A DNA stretch of 54,155 nucleotides from a virus (lineage: Duplodnaviria > Caudoviricetes), in IMG/VR virus record IMGVR_UViG_3300009502_001060, positions 1 through 54,155 of that record, one strand, 5' to 3'. The position numbers and the translations under genes are program-made. The notes beneath the pieces were generated by a model. The model saw only the letters and a program-made list of their open reading frames with translations. It ran no database searches and was not told the DNA's origin. This document shows, in pieces, positions 36,211-45,852 of the stretch (its first letter is position 1; each line of letters starts with the position of its first letter).

Positions 36211-38472
36211 TTATGATATTACATTTACCACATAATTCTTATGCCAATCATTCGGATCTTTTCCATTAGGAACAGTATCAGTATTCCACTCCATAAATTC
36301 TTCGGTCCTTGGAGCATGACCAAAGTTTGCACCGCCAACAACAGCACGTTCTTTCTCAAGAAGTATCGTCGTGAACCCGAGTTCAATCTCTCGGGGAACT
36401 TGACCAAACTTGGCCTTCGGGGCTGAAATTAGATTTGCCATATATCCCCAATTTCCCGCACCAACATTCTCTTCGTTGTAGGTTTCCCACGCTGCATCAT
36501 CAGGCACAGTCAACGTAACGGATTGAATAAGTATCGGTTGATCTTTATAAAGATCGCCTAATGTAAGCATAAACATTGGAGGCACCATGAATCTATCATA
36601 TGCATTATTGCCACTTGCTACATAACCCGCTGCCTTTGTATAATTAGATGGCTTATAGGAGGTCATGATATAATTAATACGTTGCCATGTTGGTGCAAGT
36701 TCGGCAATGCTGCTAATGACAATTTTCAAATTAAAACTAAGATTTCTAGTAAATCCGCCGTATGAATATACTTTATCTGCACGGCCAATAAATGGCATTT
36801 CTTCCCATGAAGCATTTCCTGCCTCCGAGATTCCTGTGACGGCTGCTCGGAATGGTATATATTTCGTATTAACTACATCATAGAAATACAATGCGATCAA
36901 ATCATCTTGGTATGGTTCCCACACTGGCCATCGTCCCGCCAATGGCGAATTCATCGTACTTCTCGGTTCTGGTAAAACATCCAAAGTATTAATGGCGTCA
37001 AATTGCCCCGCCGTTGGAAATTTGTGAGAACGCTGAACATTATTGACGAGTTCGTTGCTTACCATCATAATACCCTTATAACGATATGCAGCCAATGACC
37101 CAAGGGCAATATTATTTGGACCTTGACCTTTGTTTTTCGTCTTAAACAATCGGTCATAGTTATATTGAACCGAGTCTTGTTGTAATAGAACCGAACCTTG
37201 ATCGGGGTCAATTAAATACGTCTTTTCGCTTGCCGCTTTGATTTTGTCTAGCACTGCGGTCAACTTAGTCTTAGTATCATCGGCTCTCTGTGCCTCGGGG
37301 TCTTTGGTAGGATAGTTATTCCCTTTTTGCACATACTGTCCATATTGAATCATCACATCAGATGCTCCAAAATCAGCATTCTTCTTTGCACCCATCGAAT
37401 CACCATACTTATATCCCGGCGAATTAGTATCTGTACTTTCGTCAACCGAATATCCTATATTACCTACTGTTGGAATTGATGGCTGAGACCCAAGTTGAGT
37501 TGCCTTAATTGGATTTGGCGTTCCGTCAAAATTTATAAAAATACGAGCCGCCTCGGGAGAATAATTACCATCTGGACGGATAATACTTCCACCTCCAATG
37601 AACAACTGATGAAACCCAAATACTCCACCACGACGATCATTATATTTAAAGTAGGCTGTCCCCGATCCAATCATCAATCCATATGCTGTCTCATCACTTC
37701 GATATTGAATTCCATCCTGCGTCTGTGGAATGAAGTTTTGGAATAAGCCAGTAAGAAGACCTTTAAGTGAGAATCCCTTTTTGGCTCCACCACCGCCATT
37801 CCATGCAATTTCCAAGTGACTCTTTGCTCTGAGAGCATCACCCGCACGAAGAAGTCCCTTAGTGCCAATAGTTGATGTTGCCGTTGGAAGAGCCTCGGTA
37901 TTGTTTACCAAAGTAGTGCCCGCCACGGGGTTTGTCTTCGGAGCACCAAAAATAGCACCGCCCAATCCACCAAGCAATGTAGAGGCAATACCTGCCAGAC
38001 CCGCCGACGTGTCGAATGCCCTATCTGGCCTTGCGGTTCCAAGTGTCAAAGTCAATCCAGCAGCAACAATCGGGGAGGTAGGATTATAGATGCGTCGTTC
38101 GTTGTATGGCGATGCCGTTTGAAGGCGGAACTGTGTAGCAAGGAAAGTAACTCCACGCCCAGAGACAAGGAACTTGGTAGTTCGTTGTACGTCAATAATA
38201 CCAGAGCCGGGAGCAAGTATGTGCGAGTCATACTTCTTCAACGAGTTTGGAAAATTCTTAGCTTGGTCGGGATAGATGTAGTAATACGGCTCGTCTCCCC
38301 AATCAATGAGACCCTGATGATAGTTGGAATATGGCGAGAAGCGATGGTACAGGGACTTGTCATTGCCCTTAGACTGCAAAATCAGGGCTAGCTTACCTAC
38401 GGCTGGTCCCGTGGGGTATCCCGCTGGACGTTTGATAAACGCCCACGTTGGTTCGAATTGCGCTTGTGCCAT
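36211..38472 (-). CDS. Putative baseplate/tail-tube initiator protein
   Basis: C-terminal IPFRA...ISE..NASW...FIGRADKVYSYGGFTRNLSF...PPMFMLTLGDLY; lies between the tape measure and LysM genes. Confidence 0.6.
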   Translation of the reverse strand: MAQAQFEPTWAFIKRPAGYPTGPAVGKLALILQSKGNDKSLYHRFSPYSNYHQGLIDWGDEPYYYIYPDQAKNFPNSLKKYDSHILAPGSGIIDVQRTTKFLVSGRGVTFLATQFRLQTASPYNERRIYNPTSPIVAAGLTLTLGTARPDRAFDTSAGLAGIASTLLGGLGGAIFGAPKTNPVAGTTLVNNTEALPTATSTIGTKGLLRAGDALRAKSHLEIAWNGGGGAKKGFSLKGLLTGLFQNFIPQTQDGIQYRSDETAYGLMIGSGTAYFKYNDRRGGVFGFHQLFIGGGSIIRPDGNYSPEAARIFINFDGTPNPIKATQLGSQPSIPTVGNIGYSVDESTDTNSPGYKYGDSMGAKKNADFGASDVMIQYGQYVQKGNNYPTKDPEAQRADDTKTKLTAVLDKIKAASEKTYLIDPDQGSVLLQQDSVQYNYDRLFKTKNKGQGPNNIALGSLAAYRYKGIMMVSNELVNNVQRSHKFPTAGQFDAINTLDVLPEPRSTMNSPLAGRWPVWEPYQDDLIALYFYDVVNTKYIPFRAAVTGISEAGNASWEEMPFIGRADKVYSYGGFTRNLSFNLKIVISSIAELAPTWQRINYIMTSYKPSNYTKAAGYVASGNNAYDRFMVPPMFMLTLGDLYKDQPILIQSVTLTVPDDAAWETYNEENVGAGNWGYMANLISAPKAKFGQVPREIELGFTTILLEKERAVVGGANFGHAPRTEEFMEWNTDTVPNGKDPNDWHKNYVVNVIS

Positions 38473-38501
38473 ACACTATAAATATTGAAATAAAATATTC
38501 T

Positions 38502-41500
38502 CTATACTTTATTACTTCCCCATCCACCATGAAACTCAATCCCCCGTGCCATATAGGTCGAAACTCTATTTCCATCCATATTAATGGTTGTATCCTTCCC
38601 AGCTATTTTTTCAAGTAAAGCAATAATTCTATTATTCGACTCAATCGTTGGGTCGGGGGATTCTTGAGTTTTTTGCAGAATTTTATTTTCTGGAAGCTGC
38701 TCCGATACAATAGGCTTAGTTTTTACCCCAGTGCTTTGTAGCCCACGTTCTTGGTAATCCTTCGCAAGTGCATTGTATCGAGCAGTGGAAGTTATATCTG
38801 CTTCTTTCTTCATCTTATCAAGAGCAGCTTTAACATCGGGTGTACTAGTATCCTGCTTCGTTTTTTCTGGTGTAAGAACTGGTACTTTTTCTACTTTAGG
38901 TGTTTTACTTCCGAACATTCTACCAATAAGTGGTATCTTTTCGAGTAATCCAAATGCTTTTTTAAATGGAGCAGTAATCCCATCAATAATTTTACTGCCA
39001 ATGTTTTTTATACCATTAACGATAGATGCAAGGAAATGATCAAAACCCTTTATCCATCCTTTGACCACCGACTTAAATCTATTCCCAATCCCTGTAAACC
39101 ATCCGCTTGCCCCCGAGAAAAATCCTCTTACTATATTCCCCGCGCTGGAAAATACCCCCCTAATAGTCGTCCCTATTAACTTGATGCCTCGAATTGCAAG
39201 CCCAATCGGAGTAAATTTGAATAAGAACTTGGCTCCTTCCCATATAGAAGAAATTGTCTTTTTCATAAGCCCATAAATCGTTTTAATGCCTTTAATTACA
39301 AGACCAATTGGAAACATCCATTTGAACCATGCCTTGACTCCTTCCCATACAAGAGAAATAATCTTTGTCCCAACCCACCAAATCAATTTGAATCCTTGAA
39401 TCGCAAGCCCAATCGGATTAAGCCATTTGAAATAGAATTTGAGGCATTCCAACGCAAAAGAAATAATCTTCTTCTGAACTCCCCAAATTTTTCCAAACAA
39501 GTTACCAATGGCTGCAAATGTCTCGGGGAATAATTTCTTTAAGAATTTGAATCCTTGAATTACAAGGCCAATTGGAAACATCCATTTGAACCATGCCTTG
39601 ACTCCTTCCCATAACACAGAAACAATTTTCTTCCCAACCCACCAAATCAATTTGAATCCTTGAATTGCAAGCCCAATCGGATTAAGCCATTTAAGCCAGA
39701 ACTTGGCTCCTTCCCATATAGAAGAAACTGTCTTTTCCATAAACCCCCAAATCATTTTAATGCCTTTAATTGCAAGACCAATTGGAAACATCCATTTGAA
39801 CCATGCCTTGACTCCTTCCCATACAAGAGAAATAATCTTTGTCCCAACCCACCAAATCAATTTAAGTACTTGAAATACAAGTCCAATCGGATTAAGCCAC
39901 TTGAAATAGAATTTGAGGCATTCCAACGCAAAAGAAATAATCTTCTTCTGAACTCCCCAAATTTTTCCAAACAAGTTACCAATGGCTGCAAATGTCTCGG
40001 GAAACAGTTTCTTTAAGAATTTGAATCCTAGAATTATAATATTGATAGGATTGGACCATTTAACTAGGAAATTAACTCCTTCCCGCAGGACAGAAACAAT
40101 TTTCTTACCAATCCCCCAAATCATTTTGAATCCTTGAATTACAAGGCCAATTGGAACAACAATTCCACGAATAATTGATGAGCCAATAGAGGTAATACCA
40201 TTGACAATAAACGAGAGGAAACGGTCAAAATTTCCTATCCATCCTTTAACTATTGACTTGAATTTATTCTTAAGACCCGAAAAGAATCCATCCACTATAT
40301 CCCGCGCCTTAGAAAATACTGCCCGAATAGTCGTCCAAATTAATTTGAATGCCTGAATTGCACGACTAATAGGATTAAACCATTTGAATAAGAATTTGTA
40401 TCCTTCCCATAACACAGAAACAATTTTCTTCCCAACACTCCACATCAGTTTGAATCCTTGAATTGCAAGTCCAATTGGATTAAACCATTTGAATAAAAAC
40501 TTATATCCTTCCCATATAGAAGAAACTGTCTTTTTCAAAACCCCCCATATTTTTCCAAACAAATTACTAAGCGCACCAAACGTCTCGGGGAATAGTTTCT
40601 TTAAGAATTTGAATCCCATAATTATAAGCCCAAATGGAATAAGCGATTTGAATAAGAATTTAATCACCGCGAATGCGTGCTTCCACGGCATAATAATAGC
40701 ATTAAAAAGCATTCCTCCAATGCTTTTAATACCATTCACAATACCCATACCCAAGTATGATGGTGACTTACCACCAAAGAAACTCCATATCCACTTGAAT
40801 GCATCGACAAATGGCCCAAGCAAAACATCATATAATGCTCCGACGATAGCTTTTAATCCAAACCATAATCCGTGGAAAAATCCTTTGTTAAATGCGTCTC
40901 CTATACCCTTCAAACGAACAATTAAATAGTAAACGAATTGGAATGCCATGATAACTTCACCGATACCATCTATAAGCCCAGCAAATTTACCTACATATAG
41001 GGCAATTTTACCTACAATTAGGCCAAATCTAGCAGCCCCCACAGCCAATTTTGCAAGTGAACCAATCCATTTTCCAATAGTTGTAAAAAATCTTCCGACT
41101 GGAGCTAGAAATCGTCCAATAGACGCAAACGCTTTACCAATCATACCTACCTCCGAAAATGCAAATCTGATTCTATCAGCCCATCCTGCAAGAAACCATG
41201 TGATTTTTCCAACATAGTACAATATTCGTTGGAATATACCCGTCATTTCCAGTCCAAGACTTCTCGCAATTAGAAAAGTACGAATTGCTCTGTGAAGAAA
41301 TGCAAATGGATTAAGTTTACTAATTGCAACCCATATTTGTGTTAGCCGTTCAGACAAACTTCTAAGCGCATTGAATATACGAGGAAACCGTGCAAATCTA
41401 TCGATGAAACTAGCGACATGCCTTGGAAATACAGCAAACCACGCAACTATACTAGCAACCTTTGCCGCCAACGCCCCCGCATATTTGGTCGCCAGTTTAA

Positions 41501-43109
41501 ATGCTACTACCCACCCAAATATACCACGAGCAATGTCCATAGCAGGAATAACCAGCGCAAGCATATTATCAATAATCGGAAGCAACCACGACTGTGCGCG
41601 TGCAAGAATTTGATTCCATTTAGCCGATATAGCTGCCAATCGAGTCTGGTTATTTAACGTGCGTAAAATGGCACTGCTATCCTTAGCTCTGGCCTTTGCC
41701 GCTGCCTCATTTTCCTTACGCATTTTCTCGTAAAGCTTAAGTTGTAATTTTTGCTCTGGTGTGCCAGAACGTCTGATTTTCTCCATCTGTGTGCTGGTCT
41801 GGACCATACTAAGTAACTGGTCCTCAGAAAATCCAGTCATTTGGGCAAATGCCTTCATCTGAAAGTAATCCATTTTTGTAGCAAACCCATGCTTCTGCGC
41901 TAATCTCACGGTTTCTTTTGCAACACCTTCCAAATCCCTGGCATATGTCAGTTCACGAATTCGTTGCATATTAATAGATGTGCCCAATAAAACCGACGCA
42001 TCCATTTCATCATTAACACTTTGATTAAAATCAAGAACATGAGAACCAGCCGATGCTACCGCCTCCATAGAAGTCCCCATGCGACGCAATTCAACCGCCG
42101 TGCGTATAGCGACACTAGGAAGACGAGACATCATCAATAGTGTCTTACTTGACCTAGAAGCCACATCTTTCATTACGTCGTCAAGCTGAACCCCAGCCGC
42201 ATTCGACATGTTTTTAGCAACATACATCGTTGATATCTGAGATTCCATAGAACTTTTAGAAACCGCAGCCATGTTGCGAAGAAACATCACGCTCGTGTCT
42301 TCAGAAATATTAAGTTGTGCTGACATGAGAGATATATCCTCGACCAATGCCTTTGTAACATTATGAATACCACCAACTATTTTTCCTATAGCTTGATAAG
42401 ATTTGTAAACACCATCTATACTTACACCCATATCCATATAATCAATGGCAATTTGCTGGGCATCCTTTCGAATAGTAGCCGACTCATTGCGAGTCATGCC
42501 CATTGCTTTACGTAAATTCCATGCCGCCGTATCCATTTTATTGAAAAGTTCGTAAGCTCCCTTAATCATCATTAAAGTAGCTGCAATTATTCCAGCGGCT
42601 GCTTTTCCCTTTCCCAAGCTCATGAGTGTCTTGGCAGTCTTACTCACGTATTCATATTCTTTGACTTGAATTCCAAACATCTCCTTTGCTTGCTCGGCAG
42701 CAAAATTGAAATACCTTCGACTATGATCAAATTGGCGTTTCGCCATGTCAATTTCAAGCGCATTCTCTTCACGAGACAGGCTCAGTGCCATTTTAAGACT
42801 ATCAATCTTCTGTTTAGCAGCATTAACCAGACCTTCTACATATTTTCTTTGTGCTTCGCTTGTGGCTTTGATACCTCTTATCGTCATTCGTTCATGTTGA
42901 GCCATCTTTTTCCGAATCGCGTCTATCATTATCTGCTCATTCCTATGATGTTTGGCGATTCTTTGCTGAACATCGAGAGTAAATTTCCAGCTTTCTTCCT
43001 TCAGTTTCCTTTCCTCTTGTAACATGTCGTTATGTATCTTCTGTATATTTACGAAGTCTCGATATGTCTCAACATTATCTTCGGTTGGAAATGGAAGTGT
43101 ATCAGCCAT
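38502..43109 (-). CDS. Tape measure protein
   Basis: 1535 aa, helical, W/F-periodic amphipathic repeats, C-terminal INMDGNRV; downstream of the tail tube and chaperone genes. Confidence 0.88.
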   Translation of the reverse strand: MADTLPFPTEDNVETYRDFVNIQKIHNDMLQEERKLKEESWKFTLDVQQRIAKHHRNEQIMIDAIRKKMAQHERMTIRGIKATSEAQRKYVEGLVNAAKQKIDSLKMALSLSREENALEIDMAKRQFDHSRRYFNFAAEQAKEMFGIQVKEYEYVSKTAKTLMSLGKGKAAAGIIAATLMMIKGAYELFNKMDTAAWNLRKAMGMTRNESATIRKDAQQIAIDYMDMGVSIDGVYKSYQAIGKIVGGIHNVTKALVEDISLMSAQLNISEDTSVMFLRNMAAVSKSSMESQISTMYVAKNMSNAAGVQLDDVMKDVASRSSKTLLMMSRLPSVAIRTAVELRRMGTSMEAVASAGSHVLDFNQSVNDEMDASVLLGTSINMQRIRELTYARDLEGVAKETVRLAQKHGFATKMDYFQMKAFAQMTGFSEDQLLSMVQTSTQMEKIRRSGTPEQKLQLKLYEKMRKENEAAAKARAKDSSAILRTLNNQTRLAAISAKWNQILARAQSWLLPIIDNMLALVIPAMDIARGIFGWVVAFKLATKYAGALAAKVASIVAWFAVFPRHVASFIDRFARFPRIFNALRSLSERLTQIWVAISKLNPFAFLHRAIRTFLIARSLGLEMTGIFQRILYYVGKITWFLAGWADRIRFAFSEVGMIGKAFASIGRFLAPVGRFFTTIGKWIGSLAKLAVGAARFGLIVGKIALYVGKFAGLIDGIGEVIMAFQFVYYLIVRLKGIGDAFNKGFFHGLWFGLKAIVGALYDVLLGPFVDAFKWIWSFFGGKSPSYLGMGIVNGIKSIGGMLFNAIIMPWKHAFAVIKFLFKSLIPFGLIIMGFKFLKKLFPETFGALSNLFGKIWGVLKKTVSSIWEGYKFLFKWFNPIGLAIQGFKLMWSVGKKIVSVLWEGYKFLFKWFNPISRAIQAFKLIWTTIRAVFSKARDIVDGFFSGLKNKFKSIVKGWIGNFDRFLSFIVNGITSIGSSIIRGIVVPIGLVIQGFKMIWGIGKKIVSVLREGVNFLVKWSNPINIIILGFKFLKKLFPETFAAIGNLFGKIWGVQKKIISFALECLKFYFKWLNPIGLVFQVLKLIWWVGTKIISLVWEGVKAWFKWMFPIGLAIKGIKMIWGFMEKTVSSIWEGAKFWLKWLNPIGLAIQGFKLIWWVGKKIVSVLWEGVKAWFKWMFPIGLVIQGFKFLKKLFPETFAAIGNLFGKIWGVQKKIISFALECLKFYFKWLNPIGLAIQGFKLIWWVGTKIISLVWEGVKAWFKWMFPIGLVIKGIKTIYGLMKKTISSIWEGAKFLFKFTPIGLAIRGIKLIGTTIRGVFSSAGNIVRGFFSGASGWFTGIGNRFKSVVKGWIKGFDHFLASIVNGIKNIGSKIIDGITAPFKKAFGLLEKIPLIGRMFGSKTPKVEKVPVLTPEKTKQDTSTPDVKAALDKMKKEADITSTARYNALAKDYQERGLQSTGVKTKPIVSEQLPENKILQKTQESPDPTIESNNRIIALLEKIAGKDTTINMDGNRVSTYMARGIEFHGGWGSNKV
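39050..40640 (-). repeat. Internal repeats of the tape measure gene (~105-bp units; ~480-bp higher-order duplication)
   Basis: KWxxPIGLxIQGFKLIW...WEGxKxxF 35-aa units. The block FPETFAAIGNLFGKIWGVQKKIISFALECLKFYFKWLNPIGL occurs twice, 480 bp apart. Confidence 0.85.
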
Positions 43110-43160
43110 AAATTATGCGGTATTCATTTATAAATAGGGAGGAGCATCTGTTTTATGCGG

Positions 43161-43188
43161 TTGACAACGCTATAAACCATGTTACAAT
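43161..43188 (+). promoter_or_regulatory. Sigma70-type promoter, probably leaderless
   Basis: TTGACA-N16-TACAAT with TGn extension; ATG 6 nt after the -10 box. Confidence 0.65.
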
Positions 43189-43194
43189 ATTGGC

Positions 43195-43449
43195 ATGAAC
43201 GAAACAAATGAAGGTGGATGGCTTTTCCGATTGATTATAGGCATAGGAATAATAGGATTGCTCGCAATTTTCGTAGGATGTATGGTAGCTCCATGTTTAG
43301 GACCGTGGATCAAAAGACAACTGGCAATAGAATACGCTCTATATTCCGACTGGGAACGCCGTGTAGCGGCTGATATGCCACCAATTTATGCATTTCTATG
43401 GTTCGTCGCCATAGTAGCATGGACTATTGTTTTCTGGTGTAACCTCTAA
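43195..43449 (+). CDS. Small two-TM membrane protein, antisense to the tail operon
   Basis: Two hydrophobic helices and its own promoter. Confidence 0.7.
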   Translation: MNETNEGGWLFRLIIGIGIIGLLAIFVGCMVAPCLGPWIKRQLAIEYALYSDWERRVAADMPPIYAFLWFVAIVAWTIVFWCNL

Positions 43450-43692
43450 TGCCGATTAACTCCCGGTCCTTTAACCGTCTTGGACTGAGACGTTGCCTCT
43501 TTTGCATTTGAGGATGCTTTCTCCAATTCACGATTCTCTCTTTCCCTGGTGTTAACAAGCTTGCGAAGATAAAATGACCTGTATTGCACAGGCATTTCAT
43601 ACACCGCAAAATACTCGATTTTCCCAAAATGGGTCAAATCAAATATGATTTCATGGAGTTGAACCTTATACTCCTGAGTTAGGCCAAAAAAA
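43446..43692 (-). CDS. Tail assembly chaperone C-terminal extension (gpT-like), probably reached by frameshift
   Basis: FFGLTQEYKVQLHEIIFDL...YEMPVQYRSFYLRKL; overlaps the upstream gene at a T7 run. Confidence 0.7.
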
Positions 43693-44487
43693 GGATACTC
43701 CCATCGGAATCTCCTCCTTGCGCTCCAAATTACAATTATTACATTGGAAGGCAAAAGTAATATCAATATCAGGCATAGTCTCTCGTAAATGAGTTCGAAG
43801 AGCTAAACTATCCTTGGAGACAAGTTCTTCATTAACATACCGACGAATGACTGAACGCTCAGCATTACCATCCAGAGCCGTTATAATATGCCCCAAACGA
43901 GTTGTAACCTCACGCCGAAGCTCTTTGGATACCTTTTCCATACCCTTTAACTCTTGGTCAATTAAATTTTCATCTTTCTTGGTCAAAAGCTTGAATGTAA
44001 CAGTCTTTCCAGAATATGGAAGCTTGAAAGTGAAAACATTTTCTCCCCTCGGATATTTTTCAAAATCAAATGGACGATTATCCATCTTGCCAAGATCAAT
44101 TGTAATGGAGTTTTCCTTGCCACATCGCCCGCACGTCATCGTAGCCTCATACTGGTCACCATATGCCAAACGACGAATAGCAAAGAATGCAGCATTCCTA
44201 TCACAAACAAGCATATCATCAAGATTTATAGCTTTGTTAATCGTGACAGATTCAAGAAGCTTGTCCAAAACAATGTTCTTCTGAATAAGATTTGGCGAAG
44301 TAAGTATGTCTTCCTCTTTTGCCGTCATCATCTTGAGATCAAGTGTGCCAGTTGAAAGCGGATTGTCTACGGGATAAAACCAACCTTTTGAAGGAAGGTT
44401 TATCTGTTCGTGAGGAAATGTGCTTTCCATTTTTTGTGGAACAGGTTGAGAAATATTCGGGCGTGTAATCGGAATTATTTGGTCCAT
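43666..44487 (-). CDS. Tail assembly chaperone / baseplate hub assembly protein (gp26-like)
   Basis: INLPSKGWFY...MTAKEEDILT...DRNA..FAIRRLAYG..Y..CGRCG...F.LP.SG...CNNC...IPMGVSFFWP. Confidence 0.8.
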   Translation of the reverse strand: MDQIIPITRPNISQPVPQKMESTFPHEQINLPSKGWFYPVDNPLSTGTLDLKMMTAKEEDILTSPNLIQKNIVLDKLLESVTINKAINLDDMLVCDRNAAFFAIRRLAYGDQYEATMTCGRCGKENSITIDLGKMDNRPFDFEKYPRGENVFTFKLPYSGKTVTFKLLTKKDENLIDQELKGMEKVSKELRREVTTRLGHIITALDGNAERSVIRRYVNEELVSKDSLALRTHLRETMPDIDITFAFQCNNCNLERKEEIPMGVSFFWPNSGV

Positions 44488-44553
44488 ATTTGTAATCTAT
44501 TTGTTGGTTTATCTGATAATATATAGAGCCAACTTATAAAAATTCAAATTATT

Positions 44554-44937
44554 TTATGCTCGAAGTTTACGAATGTTTTCCGCCACGCTACCACGGGAAG
44601 CTACTTTCTGCTGTAACCCCTTGACATTTTGATCGTCATTGTTTCGCTCAAAACATTTCCATTGATCATACTGAGATTTAAATGAATCGGCCTTCTCTTT
44701 ATTGGTGATTTTCTGTTGCTTAGCCTTATCAAGATCCGATTTATTCTTGAGCATTTGATCATGCGCCTGCTTAGATTTCTCCGCAGGGGTCTGAGTATCG
44801 TCGGGATTAGCGCCATCGTCCGCATTCCCATCGTCGGCACTGTCTTCACTACTTGATGACATGGATGAATACTCCTTCAACACCGATTTAGTAATAAGTC
44901 GAAGAAGTTCATCAAGTTGTCGACGAGTGATTTTCAT
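44554..44937 (-). CDS. Hypothetical protein
   Basis: MKITRRQLDELLRLITKSVLKE..., acidic segment then coiled coil; TAATG-coupled. Confidence 0.65.
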   Translation of the reverse strand: MKITRRQLDELLRLITKSVLKEYSSMSSSSEDSADDGNADDGANPDDTQTPAEKSKQAHDQMLKNKSDLDKAKQQKITNKEKADSFKSQYDQWKCFERNNDDQNVKGLQQKVASRGSVAENIRKLRA

Positions 44938-45815
44938 TAGGAATTTAGAATCTGATTAACCATCTTTTTAATCAACTTTTTTGCACCTTCACCAATATTA
45001 ACAGGATTAGCAGGATCATCTATATCGGTGGGGTCATCAATACCATAACGAGGTGATGGAAGATTTCTACGCTTCATATGGGTTTCATAATCCTGATCAG
45101 TCATCGCAGTATAATTAAGATTTGGCGATGGAGTCGATACGGGTGTTCCCATAATATCTCCAGGTTGAACCGAATCATCCTTGGCAATTTGAAGACTTTT
45201 ATCTGCCATTAAGAAAATTTCTTCGGACTCTGGGTCCATTTTGCCGAAATAAAAATAAATTGGAAGTTTTGGATTGCGTGCGGCTTCTCTACCCATACGT
45301 TTTGCACCGAGAGAAACTTTCGCCCGAGAACCAGCCATTGAAACTGCAACTTGATGAAGAACTCTCTCAACGGAAGATTCATCGTGCCCAGTCCATTTGA
45401 CAGAAGTAAGTTTTGATTTATCTTTTGGATTAATAACCGATGCACCTTTAGGAATACGTGGTGGCGTATTTATAAGTGAAGGAGTAGCGGCTGCATCAGG
45501 CGTCGGCGGTGTCGGCGGTGTCGCTGCTGCCTCTGGACCCTTCTCAGGAGATGATGGGTCTTGTGATGGGTCTTTGGACTTATCATCGGGCTTATTCTCA
45601 GGCTTATCTTCCTCTTCGTTAATCTTCGTAACATTCTTTTTGCCTTTTTTGAATGGATTAACAGTAACCTTCTGCTTAACAGGCTCTTTATCATCGCCAT
45701 CACCAATACCAGATGACTTAAGCTTGCTTACATCAGCGTCTTCGTTAATCTGATCAAGAACTTCCCGCACACATCGCTGAACGAGACACTCCAAAAGTTC
45801 GGTTCGAATCTTCAT
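44937..45815 (-). CDS. Hypothetical protein with Pro/acidic linker
   Basis: Start MKIRTELL lies 5 nt after TATTTATA (track ORF starts 45875). Confidence 0.65.
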   Translation of the reverse strand: MKIRTELLECLVQRCVREVLDQINEDADVSKLKSSGIGDGDDKEPVKQKVTVNPFKKGKKNVTKINEEEDKPENKPDDKSKDPSQDPSSPEKGPEAAATPPTPPTPDAAATPSLINTPPRIPKGASVINPKDKSKLTSVKWTGHDESSVERVLHQVAVSMAGSRAKVSLGAKRMGREAARNPKLPIYFYFGKMDPESEEIFLMADKSLQIAKDDSVQPGDIMGTPVSTPSPNLNYTAMTDQDYETHMKRRNLPSPRYGIDDPTDIDDPANPVNIGEGAKKLIKKMVNQILNS

Positions 45816-45852
45816 ATAGTTATAAATATCGGTCAAAATTGAGAAATTGAGT

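Noticed and set aside
39050-40640. Possible DGR template/variable repeat pair
   Set aside because: No reverse transcriptase in the window; both copies are in frame within the tape measure gene, and I saw no adenine-specific mismatch pattern.
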